Positions 1 to 11,712 of a stretch of 64,000 nucleotides of DNA are shown piece after piece. Origin of the DNA: an uncultured bacterium (GTDB taxonomy: Bacteria; Verrucomicrobiota; Verrucomicrobiia; Limisphaerales; UBA8199); the NCBI GenBank assembly GCA_963749495.1, contig CAVVMW010000015.1, positions 224,001 to 288,000 of the forward strand, read 5' to 3'. The stretch's first letter is position 1. Every line of letters starts with the position of its first letter. Both the position numbers and the translations under genes were made by a program. Under the pieces are notes generated by a model. The model searched no databases, was not told where the DNA came from, and saw only the letters and a list, made by a program, of their open reading frames with translations.

Positions 1-1
1 C

Positions 2-1845
2 CGTTACGCCCCCGATGTCATGGGCGACCGGCGTTACCGAGCCTGCCCGCCCGGCCGCTTCGACCCCGCCACCCGCCGCTTCACTTCCGCCGGCCAACCG
101 CAATTCCTCGCCCAACCGGAGGCCCAGGCCCGAGAGCGCAGTGAGAGGCAGGACTTAGGCCCCATGCCCTTCCTCGGCGGCAGGGTGACAAGACGCTATG
201 AGCACGACGGCAGGACGTGGCTCTGTGGCGAACTCGGCCTTGTGGTCTTGCCCAGGCAGGAATCCGCCCGCCCGGTCTTCGGCTCGCTGGAAGTCAAGAC
301 CCTCCCGAGCCTCAATCAGTCGCTTCGCGAGGAGGCGGCGCGCGTCAAGATCCGGAATCCCATTCCTCTTGAGACGTTGCGGACCCTGGTCGCCAGCAGC
401 AACCGCTACGTGCGGGCCAATGCCCTGGCCGCGGCGATGATTCCGGTTCTAAAAGGCCAGGACGAATACGCCTCGGTCATCGCCACCTGCGTTCAGGATC
501 CTTACCTCAACGTTCGCGCGACAGCGGTTTGGCTGCTCGACCAACTGCCCGGTAACGCTGAGGTCAGCCTGGCTCCGTTGCGCAAGGCCCTCGACGATGC
601 TGACCCCTACATTCGGACCGTGGCCGCAATTGCGCTCGCAAAACGAGGTCAGCGGCCGCCGTTGGCGTGCTTTGAGGAGGTGCTGACAGGCCGGAACCGG
701 TTCGGCGGCTACCCGTATGGGGCCGATTCCACCATAGGCGTGGAGGCCGACAGACTCCGCGCTTACGAAGCCCTCGCTCCCGGCGCGGACCGTGAGACCT
801 TCGAGTTTCTATTAAGGCATCCCCTCGAACCATCCACCTACCCAGCCTACGCCCAGGTGCTCGCCTCACTCGGCTCGGCCTTGCGGAAACATCCGGACGC
901 GGCTGAACCGCTTCTCCACGCCTACGACTCCGATCCGCAGAGGGCCTGGGACGGCCAGGTGCAATTTGCGCAAGCCGTGTTCAAATCTGCCGGGAGGGAC
1001 CTGCTGCCTGTCCATCGCCGGGCATTGGCCAGCCAGGACCGGGTGGTCCGCTGGAACGCCGCGCGCGCTTGCGGCAATGTCGCCGACCCCTCCTCGATCC
1101 CGCCGCTGCTGGACGCGCTGAACTTGGAGAGCGGCTTGGCCCGCGCCTCCATCGTCTGGGCCCTTGGGGAACTTAGGCCGGCGAGGCCGTCCCCAAGCTC
1201 ATCGAACTTTACACCGACGCCCGCAACGCCGAACACAACCGCAGTGCCGGGGCTGGCTTTCTCGCCCAGCAATCCATGGCAGCCAACCGTGCCCAATACA
1301 CGGCATTGCGCAACCTCGAGGCCATCGCCTCTGATTGGGGCGAACTAAGAATGGCCGCGACCGCCCGCCCCGCCGACCCGCGGCACGACGAAGAATTGCT
1401 CACCGCGGATCTCGTCCTCGAGGCCATACGCAAGATCGGCCCCCCCGCCCAGGAATTCTATCGAACCCTGGCTGGCGCGAACGAGGCATCAGAGCGCGCC
1501 GAGGCCGCCGTGGGTCTGGCCGAAGCAACTGGGGCGGACCGGGACAAGAGCCGCGCCGTCTTGAACAACCTGCGCGCCGACGCAGATCCCGGGGTGCGGG
1601 CTCGGGTCTTGGTCAGCCTCCTGATTTTGGGGGACCATGAGGTGGAGGCGAGCTTGCGAGACCGATTGACTGCCGGAAGCGAACCTGAACAGGGCGAAAT
1701 CCTCCGGGAACTTGCGCGCCTGCCAGGCCGACAACTCCAATTCGCGCGCAAGGAGATCGAAGCCATTGCTGGCAACGACCGCCTGCCGCAATTCCTGCGT
1801 GGCCGCGCTGCACCGCTTCTCTCCAAGCTGGAGACGGGCAATTGA
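2..1845 (+). CDS. HEAT/PBS-lyase repeat protein, 5'-partial, with an apparent frameshift near 1175
   Basis: Repeated HEAT motifs (DPYLNVRATAVWLL, DADPYIRTVAAIAL, DRVVRWNAARAC). ORFs 20..1348 and 1276..1845 join if one base is restored at ...GELR/AGEAVPKLIELY. The frame is open from position 2. Confidence 0.75.
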
Positions 1846-1894
1846 ACCGGACGGAGTTCCGCTGCTGAAGCCCAAAAAGCGAATTTCATCCTAA

Positions 1895-2031
1895 CCTGAC
1901 TTCCCCGGCGATTTCTCAAAAACCCCACAAAACAGAGGTTTTCGTAGGTTTACTGGCTACATGTAGCAAGTAGCAAAACGTGGTTTCCCTGGGAAATCCG
2001 GGGGTTTTCAACGACGGCGCGGGAAGTCAGG
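1895..2031. mobile_element. MITE-like element (137 bp) with terminal inverted repeats and 4-bp CTAA target duplication
   Basis: Ends CCTGACTTCCC (1895) and GGGAAGTCAGG (2021-2031). Inner AAAACCCC/GGGGTTTT and palindrome GCTACATGTAGC. CTAA at 1891-1894 and 2032-2035. Confidence 0.7.
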
Positions 2032-2034
2032 CTA

Positions 2035-2109
2035 AGGAGCGCGGACGCCCTCGTCCGCGCGTCTGGAACCCCTCGGAAGAAACGCGCGGACGAGGGCGTC
2101 CGCGCTCCT
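2035..2109. repeat. REP-like doublet: perfect 28-bp inverted repeat
   Basis: AGGAGCGCGGACGCCCTCGTCCGCGCGT (2035-2062) and its reverse complement (2082-2109). A related single copy lies at about 57947-57973. Confidence 0.85.
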
Positions 2110-2156
2110 GATCCTGCGCTTCTTGAATCCGCCCCGAGCTTGCACCTTGTTCTCAG

Positions 2157-2933
2157 TCAGCCCGTTGCACACACGCTGCAATCGGACCGGCGGGTCGTTT
2201 TGACCGTGCGGAATGACATCGTGCGCAGGTCACAGGCCAGCAGCCTGCCCAGCAAAGGCTGACCGAGACCGGTCAGCAACTTGATGGCCTCCATCGCGCC
2301 GAGGCATCCCACCATGCCGGCTACCGCGCCGAAGACCGGGAACTGCCGCCGCCAATCGGCGGGCGGCTCGGGGCACAGGCACGCCAGGCACGGCGATTGG
2401 CCGGGAACGATGGTCGTGATTTGCGCATCGAGTTCATACATCGCACATTCGACCATCGGTTTTCCCTGCCGGACTGCTTCGCGGTTCATTAAAAAGCGCT
2501 CTTCAAACAGCGGCGCGCAATCCACGACAACGTCGGCTTGCCCGACCAAACGCGCGGCGTTGGTTTCGGAAACATTCCCGTTCACCGGGACCACATCGAG
2601 GCGGGGATTGAGCGCGCGCAGCCTGCGGGCGGCGCATTCCACGCGCGGACGGCCCAGCCAGTCGTGGGTCATCAGGATTTGCCGGTTGAGATCGCTCGGT
2701 TTCAAATTGCCGGCATGGGCCAGGATGAGTCTGCCGACGCCCGCCGCCGCCAGTTCGAGGGCGACCGCGCCCCCCACGCCGCCGCACCGCGACACGAGCA
2801 CCGACGCGCCCTTGAGCCGCCGCTGACCTGTTTCGCCAAAGCCGGCGACCGAGAGTTGCCACTCGTAAACCTGGCGCTCGAGGCCGGTCAGGGGCCGGTC
2901 TTGGTTGAAATGGGTCGCGCCTGGCTCAGTCAC
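2157..2933 (-). CDS. ThiF/MoeB/HesA family adenylyltransferase
   Basis: GQRRLKGASVLVSRCGGVG, SDLNRQIL, CLAC...CSVC zinc motifs. Likely GTG start at 2933 (ORF track starts at 2963). Confidence 0.85.
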   Translation of the reverse strand: MTEPGATHFNQDRPLTGLERQVYEWQLSVAGFGETGQRRLKGASVLVSRCGGVGGAVALELAAAGVGRLILAHAGNLKPSDLNRQILMTHDWLGRPRVECAARRLRALNPRLDVVPVNGNVSETNAARLVGQADVVVDCAPLFEERFLMNREAVRQGKPMVECAMYELDAQITTIVPGQSPCLACLCPEPPADWRRQFPVFGAVAGMVGCLGAMEAIKLLTGLGQPLLGRLLACDLRTMSFRTVKTTRRSDCSVCATG

Positions 2934-2937
2934 GTGG

Positions 2938-3579
2938 TCACTCCTGATGTTCCACTTTTCCATCGTGCAGGCGGAACAGTCTGTCGGCCAGTTGCTCGGC
3001 CTCGTCGAGATTGTGCGTTACGTGCAGGATGGTGACGCCCGTGCTCTGCTGCACGTTGGACAACAAGGTGTACATCTCTCGCCGGGTCTCGTCGTCCAAC
3101 GCGTTCAAGGGTTCGTCCAGGCAAAGGATGCCGGGCCGGGCCGCGAGGGCGCGCCCGAGCGCCACCCGCTGCGCTTCCCCGCCGCTCAGGCCGTACGGCT
3201 TGCGATCCAGCAGGCGCTCGAGGTCCAGCAGCCGGGACAGCTCCGCCACGCGCTGCTGCACCACGCCCCGGCCGGCCTTCTGAATCACCAAGGCAAAGGC
3301 GAGATGCTCGCGGACCGTCATGGTCTGAAACAGCGCGCGATCCTGCGGCACGTAGCCGATGCCGCGCTCGGCGGGCTTGAGCCGAGTGACATCCCGCCCG
3401 TTAAGCCGGATCGTGCCGCCGGCCACTCGCTTCAAACCACACAGCGCCTCGAGCAGCGTGGTCTTGCCCGCGCCGGTTCGGCCCATCAACACCGCATACT
3501 GCCCCGGCGGGACTTCGAAGCCGATGTCCTCGAGCGCAAACCCGCCTACCCGCACCGTGAGATGGTCCACCGCGATCAT
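2938..3579 (-). CDS. modC: Molybdate/tungstate-type ABC transporter ATP-binding subunit
   Basis: Walker A GRTGAGKT, signature LSGGEAQR, Walker B LCLDEP. Start MIAVDHL overlaps the permease stop (ATGA). Confidence 0.8.
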   Translation of the reverse strand: MIAVDHLTVRVGGFALEDIGFEVPPGQYAVLMGRTGAGKTTLLEALCGLKRVAGGTIRLNGRDVTRLKPAERGIGYVPQDRALFQTMTVREHLAFALVIQKAGRGVVQQRVAELSRLLDLERLLDRKPYGLSGGEAQRVALGRALAARPGILCLDEPLNALDDETRREMYTLLSNVQQSTGVTILHVTHNLDEAEQLADRLFRLHDGKVEHQE

Positions 3580-4418
3580 AATGACAGCACCCGCTCCAAG
3601 GGCGCGCGCAAGCCGAAGCCGCGCGCGATCGCCAACACCACCAGCGCGGCGACAATCATAATGAGCGACACCGCCACTGCCGCCTCGATGTTCCCGATGC
3701 TCAACTCCAGGAACACCGTCGTCGGGAGCACCTCGGTGCGCAGGCGCGTCGCGCCCGAGAAGATCAGGATCGGCCCAAACTCGCCCAGCGCGCGCGCCCA
3801 GGCGAGCGTCGCCGCCGTCAACACCCCGCGCCGCGCCTCCGGCAAGGCCACGCGCCAGAAGGCCTGGCTGCGATTGCAGCCCAGGGTCAGCGCGACTTGC
3901 TCGCAGCGCGGGCTGATTTGGTCGAAGGTCACGAGCATGGTGCGCACCGCGAAGGCGCACGCTACGGCGAATTGGGCCAGGATGACACTGGGAATGGCGT
4001 AGGTCACCGGCACCACCCGCTGGACGGCCCGGCCCGGGGGCGTTTGGAACAAGATCAACAAGCTCAATCCGATGACCAGCGGCGGCAGCACAATCGGAAT
4101 GTCGAGGATGGCGTCCATCAGCCTCCGGCCGGGGAATCGGTGGCGTGAGAGGATATACCCGGTCGGCACGGCCACCCACAGGGACAATAACGTGGTCAGC
4201 GTGCAGGACACCAGGCTGAGCTTGATCGAATACCGAATCTCCGGACTGGCCATCGCCCGCAACAAGTGCCGCGGGGTGGTGAAGGAAAGATCCGCCGCGA
4301 GCATCGCCAGGATCAGCAAGACATAAACACTGCTCAGGATCGCCAACCCAGCCAGAAAAGGCCAATCGCGGCAGTGGCGGGTCGGCGGGGCGGGTGGCAG
4401 GCCGGCGTCGGGACTCAT
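3576..4418 (-). CDS. modB: Molybdate-type ABC transporter permease
   Basis: DIPIVLPPLVIG, EAA-like loop, WARALGEFG motif typical of ModB/CysT. Confidence 0.85.
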   Translation of the reverse strand: MSPDAGLPPAPPTRHCRDWPFLAGLAILSSVYVLLILAMLAADLSFTTPRHLLRAMASPEIRYSIKLSLVSCTLTTLLSLWVAVPTGYILSRHRFPGRRLMDAILDIPIVLPPLVIGLSLLILFQTPPGRAVQRVVPVTYAIPSVILAQFAVACAFAVRTMLVTFDQISPRCEQVALTLGCNRSQAFWRVALPEARRGVLTAATLAWARALGEFGPILIFSGATRLRTEVLPTTVFLELSIGNIEAAVAVSLIMIVAALVVLAIARGFGLRAPLERVLSL

Positions 4419-5915
4419 GGAGTCGAACCCGGTTGATAGCGCCAGCCGAAGCCCTCGGCCTCGAACCGTTCCCGCGAGGCGGTAGCCGTGAGCGCGTCCC
4501 GCAAGCGGGCCATGAGCTGCTTGTAGGGCGTGCCGCGGCCCACCGCGTAGGGCTGCGTCATGCGCGCCAGCGGATGCTCGATCGGGACCGCGTCCAGATA
4601 CTCGCGCACACCGGTCCAGTTGCTGCGGCAGGCGATAACGGCGTCGAGCGACCCGGTGCGAATCTGGTTGATTAGAAAATCCCCTGTTGGCGACTCCACT
4701 TTCAGGTTTTGGCCCAGCGCATCCGCGAGGTTCATTTGCGCCAGCATCTTCCAGGCGATGCTGCCCATCGCCGATTTCTCGTGATGCGGGAGGCCGACGC
4801 GCAATCCCGGCCGGGTTAAATCCTGGGCGGTGTGAATCCCCTTCGGGTTGCCCTTTTGCACGATGATCATCAAGTGATTGTCCACCACGTCCAGCGGGTC
4901 AAGGTAAAGGTCCGCCACGCTCTTCATGAACGACGTGTCGCAGGAGAAGTAGGCATCGGGTCGCTGCCCCGCGCGCATCTGTGCCACGAGGATGCCGCAG
5001 CCGTTGTACACCGTGGTGATCCGGCAACCCTCTCGCTGCTCGAACTCACTCAACGTTTTCTCGATCCCGGGCCGCAGCATCGCCCCGCTGAACAGGACAA
5101 TCCTGGGCTCTCCGCCCACTGGTCCCCATCCACCGGCCGATAGGAAAACCTCCGGAACTGCTTCAGCCCTTTGTCGGGCGCGCCCAGATACCGGGCAAAC
5201 CGCAACGCGGCGGCGGGTTGGGTGGAGGATTTCAGCACGCCGATGGTAATCGTCTCCTCCCCCGGGTCGAAAGACGGGACCGTCACGATCTCCAACTCCG
5301 GATACTGCCCCGCCGTGGCATCCCACACAATGCCCACATCCACCGAGCCGAGCTTCACGTCATTGGCGACATCGTTGACGGTCGGCTTGAAAACGGTGAC
5401 GCGCTTTTCCAACGCCGCCCATTGGCCCGCCGGCTGCAGCAGCGCCCGGACCGTCCGGCCGATGGACGCCGCGTCCGGATTGGCCATGGCCACTCGCACA
5501 TCCGCGCGCAGCAGATCCTCGAGGGTGCGGATGTGTTTGGGGTTTCCTCGAGCGACCGCGATGACCGGCCGTTGCCGCGCCAGCCCGATGGCCTCCGCCA
5601 GCAGGCCGAAGCCCCGCGCCGCCTTGACGTAACTCTCGTCCGCCGCCAGGAACAGATCCCCGGTGCGGGCGACGCGAAGGTTGCTCAAGAGTGTCCCGGA
5701 CCCGCCATATTGGAGCTGCACCCGCACCCCGAAGGCCAGCTCGTATTCGCGGGCGACCGCTTCGACCGGCGGCTTGACGCCGGCCGCGCAGAAGACGAGC
5801 AGGGGTTTCTGTCCGCCCGCCGCGGCGCGCGGTGAGGTCCGCGATTGCCAGAGCAACACGGCCACCAGCCCGGCGGCAACCGCCAACGAACCGACGACCG
5901 CCAGCCATTGCCTGC

Positions 5916-5919
<4 letters not shown>
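4415..5919 (-). CDS. modA: Molybdate-binding protein with two tandem ModA domains, apparent frameshift near 5105
   Basis: N-terminal anchor MSRQWLAVV. Domain 1 has FCAAG...YGGSGTL; domain 2 has FSGAM...YNGCGIL. The frames join as WAESP-RIVLFSG if one C is restored. Confidence 0.75.
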
Positions 5920-6577
<658 letters not shown>

Positions 6578-6581
<4 letters not shown>

Positions 6582-7856
6582 CCCTCCCTCAACGCCACCG
6601 CCGGGTCCTGTTGCGCGGCGGTGATGGCCGGCAGCCAGACTCGCCAGCACCGCCAGCACGGGCGCGGCCACCAACACCAGCAACAACAGGCGCGGCTCGA
6701 GGAAGGGCATCCCAATCGCCGGTGCGCCCGGCGCTTCCCGCCACGCCGCCCCGATCGCGCGCCCCGCAACGTAGCCCACACACCCTCCCGCCAACCCGAT
6801 CGCGCCGGCCTTGCCGAGAACGATAAACAGAAGCTGGTGCGTGCGCAGCCCGAGCGCGCGCAGGATGCCGATTTCGCCGCGGCGATCGCGGACGTTCGCG
6901 AGCGCCAGCAGGCCGATCCACACGCTGCTGCCCACCATCACGACGGGGACCAGCACCGCCGCCAGGGCCTCCCGTTCGGCGCGAAGCGCGTTGCGCCCCT
7001 CCTTCTCCCGTTGGATGCTCGCCTGGGCTTCCGCCGACGCCCGCTGGCGGGCTTCGGCGCGGGTGAGGGCCTGCGAGGCATACTCGATCACCTGCGTGTC
7101 CGGCAGGATGCGGGCGATCTCCGGACGAATCCGGCCCAGACGGTCCAGCGTGTCACACGTGCAATCGAGCGCGAGAATGCCATTGATGAGACCCGGTTTG
7201 CCGAGCAGTTCCTGCGCCTCGGGCAGGCTAATCCAAACCGTGATGTCATCCTTGTTGCCGCGCTCGGGGTTCACCTTGCTCACGGCAAACTCGCGCCCCA
7301 TGAATTTGGCCTTGTCGCCGGCCTTGAGCGCCAGGTTGCGGGCCAATTCGTGGCCCAGAACCATCGCGCCCGGCGCGACCGGCTCGAGCAACGGTTTTTG
7401 CTGGTTGCTTTGGACATACACCTCGCCGCGCACGCCCATCAGCAATACCGTGCGCTCGCGCTCCGGCCACTTCACTTTCTGCTGCAACGACGGCAGGACG
7501 TGATTGATCGTGGCGACGCGGCTCCTGGCCAAACGCGTCGCATATTCCTCCGGCATGTACTTTGAGCCGAAATCGTCCGCGTACAAGTCGCTCAGATTCT
7601 GTTCCTTCGGCAGGATCAGCACATTAAAGCCCATTTTCAACATGAGCTTGCGGTAATCATCTTCCAGCTTGGCCATCTGCTGGCGGGTGGCCGCCTCCTT
7701 GGCGGCGATGATTTGGCCGGTGCGCGCGTCATGTTTTTGGAGGATCGCCAACTCAGCGACCAGGCACGCCACCGCCGTGGATGCGGAAATCACACCGAGC
7801 AGGAAACTCAACTTGCGGTGGAGCATCTCGCGAAACACGAGGCGATGGAGTTTCAT
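6578..7856 (-). CDS. FtsX/MacB-like ABC permease, apparent frameshift near 6638
   Basis: NVRDRRGEIGILRALG motif. The canonical tail WLPAITAAQQDPAVALREG* is in another frame and ends at 6578, overlapping the next ATG. Confidence 0.75.
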
Positions 7857-7857
7857 A

Positions 7858-8997
7858 TCATCGGCGCCTCCGGCCGGTTCGACCTTTGAGCACCAGCGTT
7901 GTCAGGGCGAGGAAAGCCAGGCCCAGGCCCAGAACGACGACCAGGTTGCGCGCCAGGCGGTCGCGGCCGCGCGGCGCCAGGGTTGAGCCCGCCGCAGCGA
8001 GGGGACCGCTGGGTGGCGGGGCCGGCGCCTGGGGATTGGTTGCGGCGGCGGCGAACTGCGACATGCCGACCAGGGGCGGCGGGGGCGCAGGCACGGTTCC
8101 CTGGTAGCGCGGCACCGAGTTCCAGTCCGCCGCCAGCAGGAGGTCATAGCCGGGATTCATTTCCTTGACCTCGCATGAACAGGGGCCTGTAAGGAACTCC
8201 GCCATGTCACGGATAGCCTCCGGCTGAATCTCCTGGCCAATGGCCGGCGGCACCACGCGGCCACGGCCGAAGATCGGAAACAACATCGGCTCCTGGGCGG
8301 TCGTCAGGTTCGTGCTCCAGTTCAAAAGCAGGTTCACGAGCATGCGCTCGGCGGGGTCGGAACGCGCCACCCGCACGGTCGAAAACGCGATCCTCAAGGG
8401 CAAGGCCGGGTTGATCGGCGGATCGGCGGGCGCTCGTTCCGGCAGCACCAGCGATTTCTCCAATTTCCGAAGCTCGGCTTCGACCAACCGCGCGACCTCT
8501 TCGCTGCGCCGCTTGTCCCCGCTCTCCAGCAGGAGCCAGACGACCGCATCACCGCCCAACAGCTTTTGGGCAATTTCCCGCCGCGCAGGCGATTCGATGA
8601 GAGACCCCGTTGCCTCCGCGCCAAATGGCCCGGTCCAGGCCGGCCGTTCGATTCTCGTTTGCCGTGGATACCTCACCACCATCCAGGGTGGCGCCGGGTT
8701 CTCCTGGGTCTTCCACAACGCGCGCAGGGGCTCGGATACCTCACGGGCGAGGTCAACCGCGCTCACCGTCAGGTTCGCCAGGCCGCCCGGGCCCCGCTTC
8801 TCGACCGTTGCGAGCAGCGCCTGCTGTTCCGCGGTCAGCGGCGCGTTCTGGAACACGACGATCTGGTAGGAATCCGCCGCCCAACGCTCGAGCGCGTAGC
8901 GGAAGACCGGGACATCGCAGGCGGGCAACGCCAAGCACCAGAGCACCGGCGCCGCGCACCCTCCCAGTCGGAGCAATCTATAGCCAATTCTGCACAT
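7858..8997 (-). CDS. Exported conserved hypothetical protein with C-terminal membrane anchor
   Basis: Signal-like N-terminus, CDVPVFRYALERW, FGRGR, GPCSCEVKEMNPG, C-terminal TM helix followed by RRRR. First gene of the operon. Confidence 0.7.
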   Translation of the reverse strand: MCRIGYRLLRLGGCAAPVLWCLALPACDVPVFRYALERWAADSYQIVVFQNAPLTAEQQALLATVEKRGPGGLANLTVSAVDLAREVSEPLRALWKTQENPAPPWMVVRYPRQTRIERPAWTGPFGAEATGSLIESPARREIAQKLLGGDAVVWLLLESGDKRRSEEVARLVEAELRKLEKSLVLPERAPADPPINPALPLRIAFSTVRVARSDPAERMLVNLLLNWSTNLTTAQEPMLFPIFGRGRVVPPAIGQEIQPEAIRDMAEFLTGPCSCEVKEMNPGYDLLLAADWNSVPRYQGTVPAPPPPLVGMSQFAAAATNPQAPAPPPSGPLAAAGSTLAPRGRDRLARNLVVVLGLGLAFLALTTLVLKGRTGRRRR

Positions 8998-9131
8998 GCT
9001 CTCTTCGTCTTCGTCACCATGTCGCACCGTTGGCGGAAACTCAACCAAATTCAATCGCACCCCCGCCCCGAGGCAACGGGCGTGTCGGTCAACAGTCTTG
9101 ACTCAGAATCCCGGGCATGGGAAGCTTCCTT

Positions 9132-9566
9132 ATGAGTGTAACCGTGACCGCCGAGACCCCCGCAGGGATTCCTGCGGAAAAACTCAAGCAAGCCTTCGCG
9201 TGGATGGATGAAGCGAAAGAGATACCCAGGGACGTTGCTCTCGCCAAGGATGCCACTCTCTGGTTAGCCTGCGTTGATCATCTCCGGGAGGAGGAGGAAG
9301 AACTGCTCGAAAAAGGGAGTTACGAGGGACATCGTCCAAGATATCGCAAAGCCCTGGCAACCTTGGTCGCCGACGGCGAGCGGATCATTTACAGCCCCAA
9401 AGCGGCGGGCATCGAGAAATTCCCGGCGGGTTTCAGTCTCAAGGATTTCGAAGCGGCTGTGGAATCCGTGCGTGTGACCTTTCGCTGCGAGCACGCGCCG
9501 GAAAACACGCCAGCGGTAAACAGGCTGATCGAGAATTTGCTCAATGGCCCGCAACGAGCAAATTGA
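9132..9566 (+). CDS. Hypothetical protein
   Basis: Protein-like composition. TTGACT-N17-GAAGCT lies just upstream of ATG 9132. Confidence 0.6.
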   Translation: MSVTVTAETPAGIPAEKLKQAFAWMDEAKEIPRDVALAKDATLWLACVDHLREEEEELLEKGSYEGHRPRYRKALATLVADGERIIYSPKAAGIEKFPAGFSLKDFEAAVESVRVTFRCEHAPENTPAVNRLIENLLNGPQRAN

Positions 9567-9672
9567 GGAAATCCTCACAGCTTGGTGGGAGTGGGATCAC
9601 TGTGCGCTTGGTCAGAAGGCCGGCGCTAAACTGAAACCTTGCCTAGACCCAGAGCAAACCGCCTGAGCCCCA

Positions 9673-9906
9673 ATGCCAACCGTCTTGCGAATCAAGGGCT
9701 ACCGTATCGGCTTCTTCAGCGCGGATCTGAACGAGCCGCCCCACGTGCATGTGACCAAGGAGGACCGGATCGCCAAGTTCTGGCTCCAGCCCGTCCGCTT
9801 GGTCAAGAACCGTGGCTTTGCCCGGCACGAGCTCAGCGAGATCGACGCAATCCTTGCGCAGCACGAACAAGAGCTACTCATCAAATGGCATGAATACTTT
9901 GGATGA
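9673..9906 (+). CDS. DUF4160 family protein (putative TA component)
   Basis: MPTVLRIKGYRIGFFS..NEPPHVHV...AKFWL...W.EYFG. Confidence 0.85.
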   Translation: MPTVLRIKGYRIGFFSADLNEPPHVHVTKEDRIAKFWLQPVRLVKNRGFARHELSEIDAILAQHEQELLIKWHEYFG

Positions 9907-10174
9907 AATCACCGTGACCCGCCTCACCAGCACCAGCGACACGCTCGCCATAGATTTTGACGACGGGCGCACCGTCAGCCTGCCCCTGATGTGGTACCCG
10001 CGCCTTTACCGCGCTACCCAGGCGCAGCGCGACCGCTACGAACTGGTCGGCCGCGGTTTCGCCGTGCACTGGCCCGACCTCGACGAGGACCTCAGCGCCA
10101 AGAGCTTGGCCCTGGGCAATCCCTCCATAGAGTTCCTCAGGCAACAGCGCGAAGGCGGCCAAGCCGCCGCGTAA
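9890..10174 (+). CDS. DUF2442 family protein (putative TA partner)
   Basis: DGRTVSLPLMWYPRL..AT..QR...VHWPDLDEDLS; overlaps the DUF4160 gene. Confidence 0.85.
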   Translation: MNTLDEITVTRLTSTSDTLAIDFDDGRTVSLPLMWYPRLYRATQAQRDRYELVGRGFAVHWPDLDEDLSAKSLALGNPSIEFLRQQREGGQAAA

Positions 10175-10195
10175 CCCCCTGCCCGCCTGCATCGC

Positions 10196-11401
10196 GTGAA
10201 CATGCCGGAAACCGGTGCGCGGGGACCACGGCTAATGGAGCCGATTGGGGCTCCATCGCTGGGTGGTCTTTTCGCGGCTTTTCTGCGTCTGGGCGCGTCG
10301 GCCTTCGGCGGGCCGGCCATGGTCGCCTACATCCGGGAGATGGCTGTAGCCCGAAAAGGCTGGCTTGACGCCCGGACCTTTGACGATGGGGTGGCGCTCT
10401 GCCAGGCGGTGCCTGGCGCCACGGCGATGCAGACCGCGGCCTATGTCGGGTTGCGCCTGCGGGGCGTGGCCGGCGCGGCAACCGCTTTTGTGGGATTTGC
10501 CCTGCCGGCTTTTGGGTTGATGCTCGTGCTTTCGGCCGTTTACCAGCGGACACACAGCCTGCCGGGGGTGGTTTCAGCTTTCAGCGGGCTGCAGGCCATC
10601 GTCGTCGCAATCGTCGCGAACGCCGCCCTGGCGTTTGGCAGCACCACCCTGAAAAGCTGGCGGCACGTGCCGATCACCGCGATGGCAGTGGCCTTGTTTG
10701 GTTGGGGGCTCAGCCCTTTCTTGGTGGTCGCTTTATCAGCGCTTCTGGGCTTCTGGCTCTTGCGCACCCCGCCGCCGGCCGCGTCCGCTGCGGCGGTTCC
10801 GGTTCCCATGCCGCCCACCACCAAACCCGTGCTCGCCATCCTCGGCGCGGTGGCGGGGCTTCTAGCTGCGTTGTTCCTGCTCGACCGGCAGCTCGCCGAA
10901 CTGGCGGCGATGATGCTCCGCATCGACCTGTTCGCCTTCGGGGGCGGGTTCGCCTCGGTCCCCCTGCTGTTCAACGAAACCGTGACTGTGCGCCACTGGC
11001 TGGATGGGCCGACGCTGCTGGATGGCATCGTTCTGGGACAGATTACGCCCGGGCCCATCGTGATCACGGCGACATTCGTAGGCTTCCTGCTCCGCGGGGC
11101 AATCGGGGCGCTCGTAGCCACTCTGGGCGTGTTCCTGCCGTCATTCCTGATCGTGGTTGCCGCGGCGCCACACTTCGACCGCCTGCGCGCTTCACCCGTC
11201 TTTGCGAGGCTCATCGGCGGCGCCCTTTGTTCGTTTCCGGGTCTGTTGCTGGTCGTTACGGCCCATTTTGCCCGGGGCGTCAGGTGGGAGCTGGCGACAG
11301 CTCTCCTGGCCGGGGCCGCCTTCGCCGCGTTGCGGCTGGGCCTCAATATCCTCTGGGTGGTGGTCATTGGGACCGGACTCTCGCTGCTCTTCTGTCGATG
11401 A
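10196..11401 (+). CDS. chrA: Chromate efflux transporter (long-chain CHR)
   Basis: Two CHR halves: FLRLGASAFGG / QAVPGA and FAFGGG / GQITPGP. Confidence 0.9.
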   Translation: MNMPETGARGPRLMEPIGAPSLGGLFAAFLRLGASAFGGPAMVAYIREMAVARKGWLDARTFDDGVALCQAVPGATAMQTAAYVGLRLRGVAGAATAFVGFALPAFGLMLVLSAVYQRTHSLPGVVSAFSGLQAIVVAIVANAALAFGSTTLKSWRHVPITAMAVALFGWGLSPFLVVALSALLGFWLLRTPPPAASAAAVPVPMPPTTKPVLAILGAVAGLLAALFLLDRQLAELAAMMLRIDLFAFGGGFASVPLLFNETVTVRHWLDGPTLLDGIVLGQITPGPIVITATFVGFLLRGAIGALVATLGVFLPSFLIVVAAAPHFDRLRASPVFARLIGGALCSFPGLLLVVTAHFARGVRWELATALLAGAAFAALRLGLNILWVVVIGTGLSLLFCR

Positions 11402-11499
11402 GCCGGTTCGCCTCATCAAATAAAGGAGCCCATAGCACAGTTGGGGCGTATCTCGCATGTGCCACCACGGGAGAGAGGGCCGCGGGCCATCGCCTCAGT

Positions 11500-11712
11500 A
11501 GCCCGAAGGGCTTGTTATCAATCAGCCCAGGGTTGAACGCGCTACCCTGGGTTCCAGGCCACCAGACGCGCAAAACCCTGAAAGGGTTTCAGCAGCGATT
11601 CAACCCCTTCAGGGTAGTGGCCCAAGGGCGGCGTAACCCAGGGTAGCCCCGCCCTTTCTGGGGAAAGGGCGGGGCAACCCTGGGCTGAGTGATTCCGATC
11701 CCTTCGGGATGG
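11500..11712. repeat. Composite REP-like palindromic cluster
   Basis: GCCCGAAGGGC, CAGCCCAGGGTTG/CAACCCTGGGCTG, ACCCTGAAAGGGTT/AACCCCTTCAGGGT, ATCCCTTCGGGAT hairpins. Confidence 0.7.

Noticed and set aside
2905..4002. Long antisense ORFs here and elsewhere (e.g. 6405-7565, 16942-18171, 44394-45464)
   Set aside because: Shadow ORFs of high-GC genes on the opposite strand, with no recognisable motifs.
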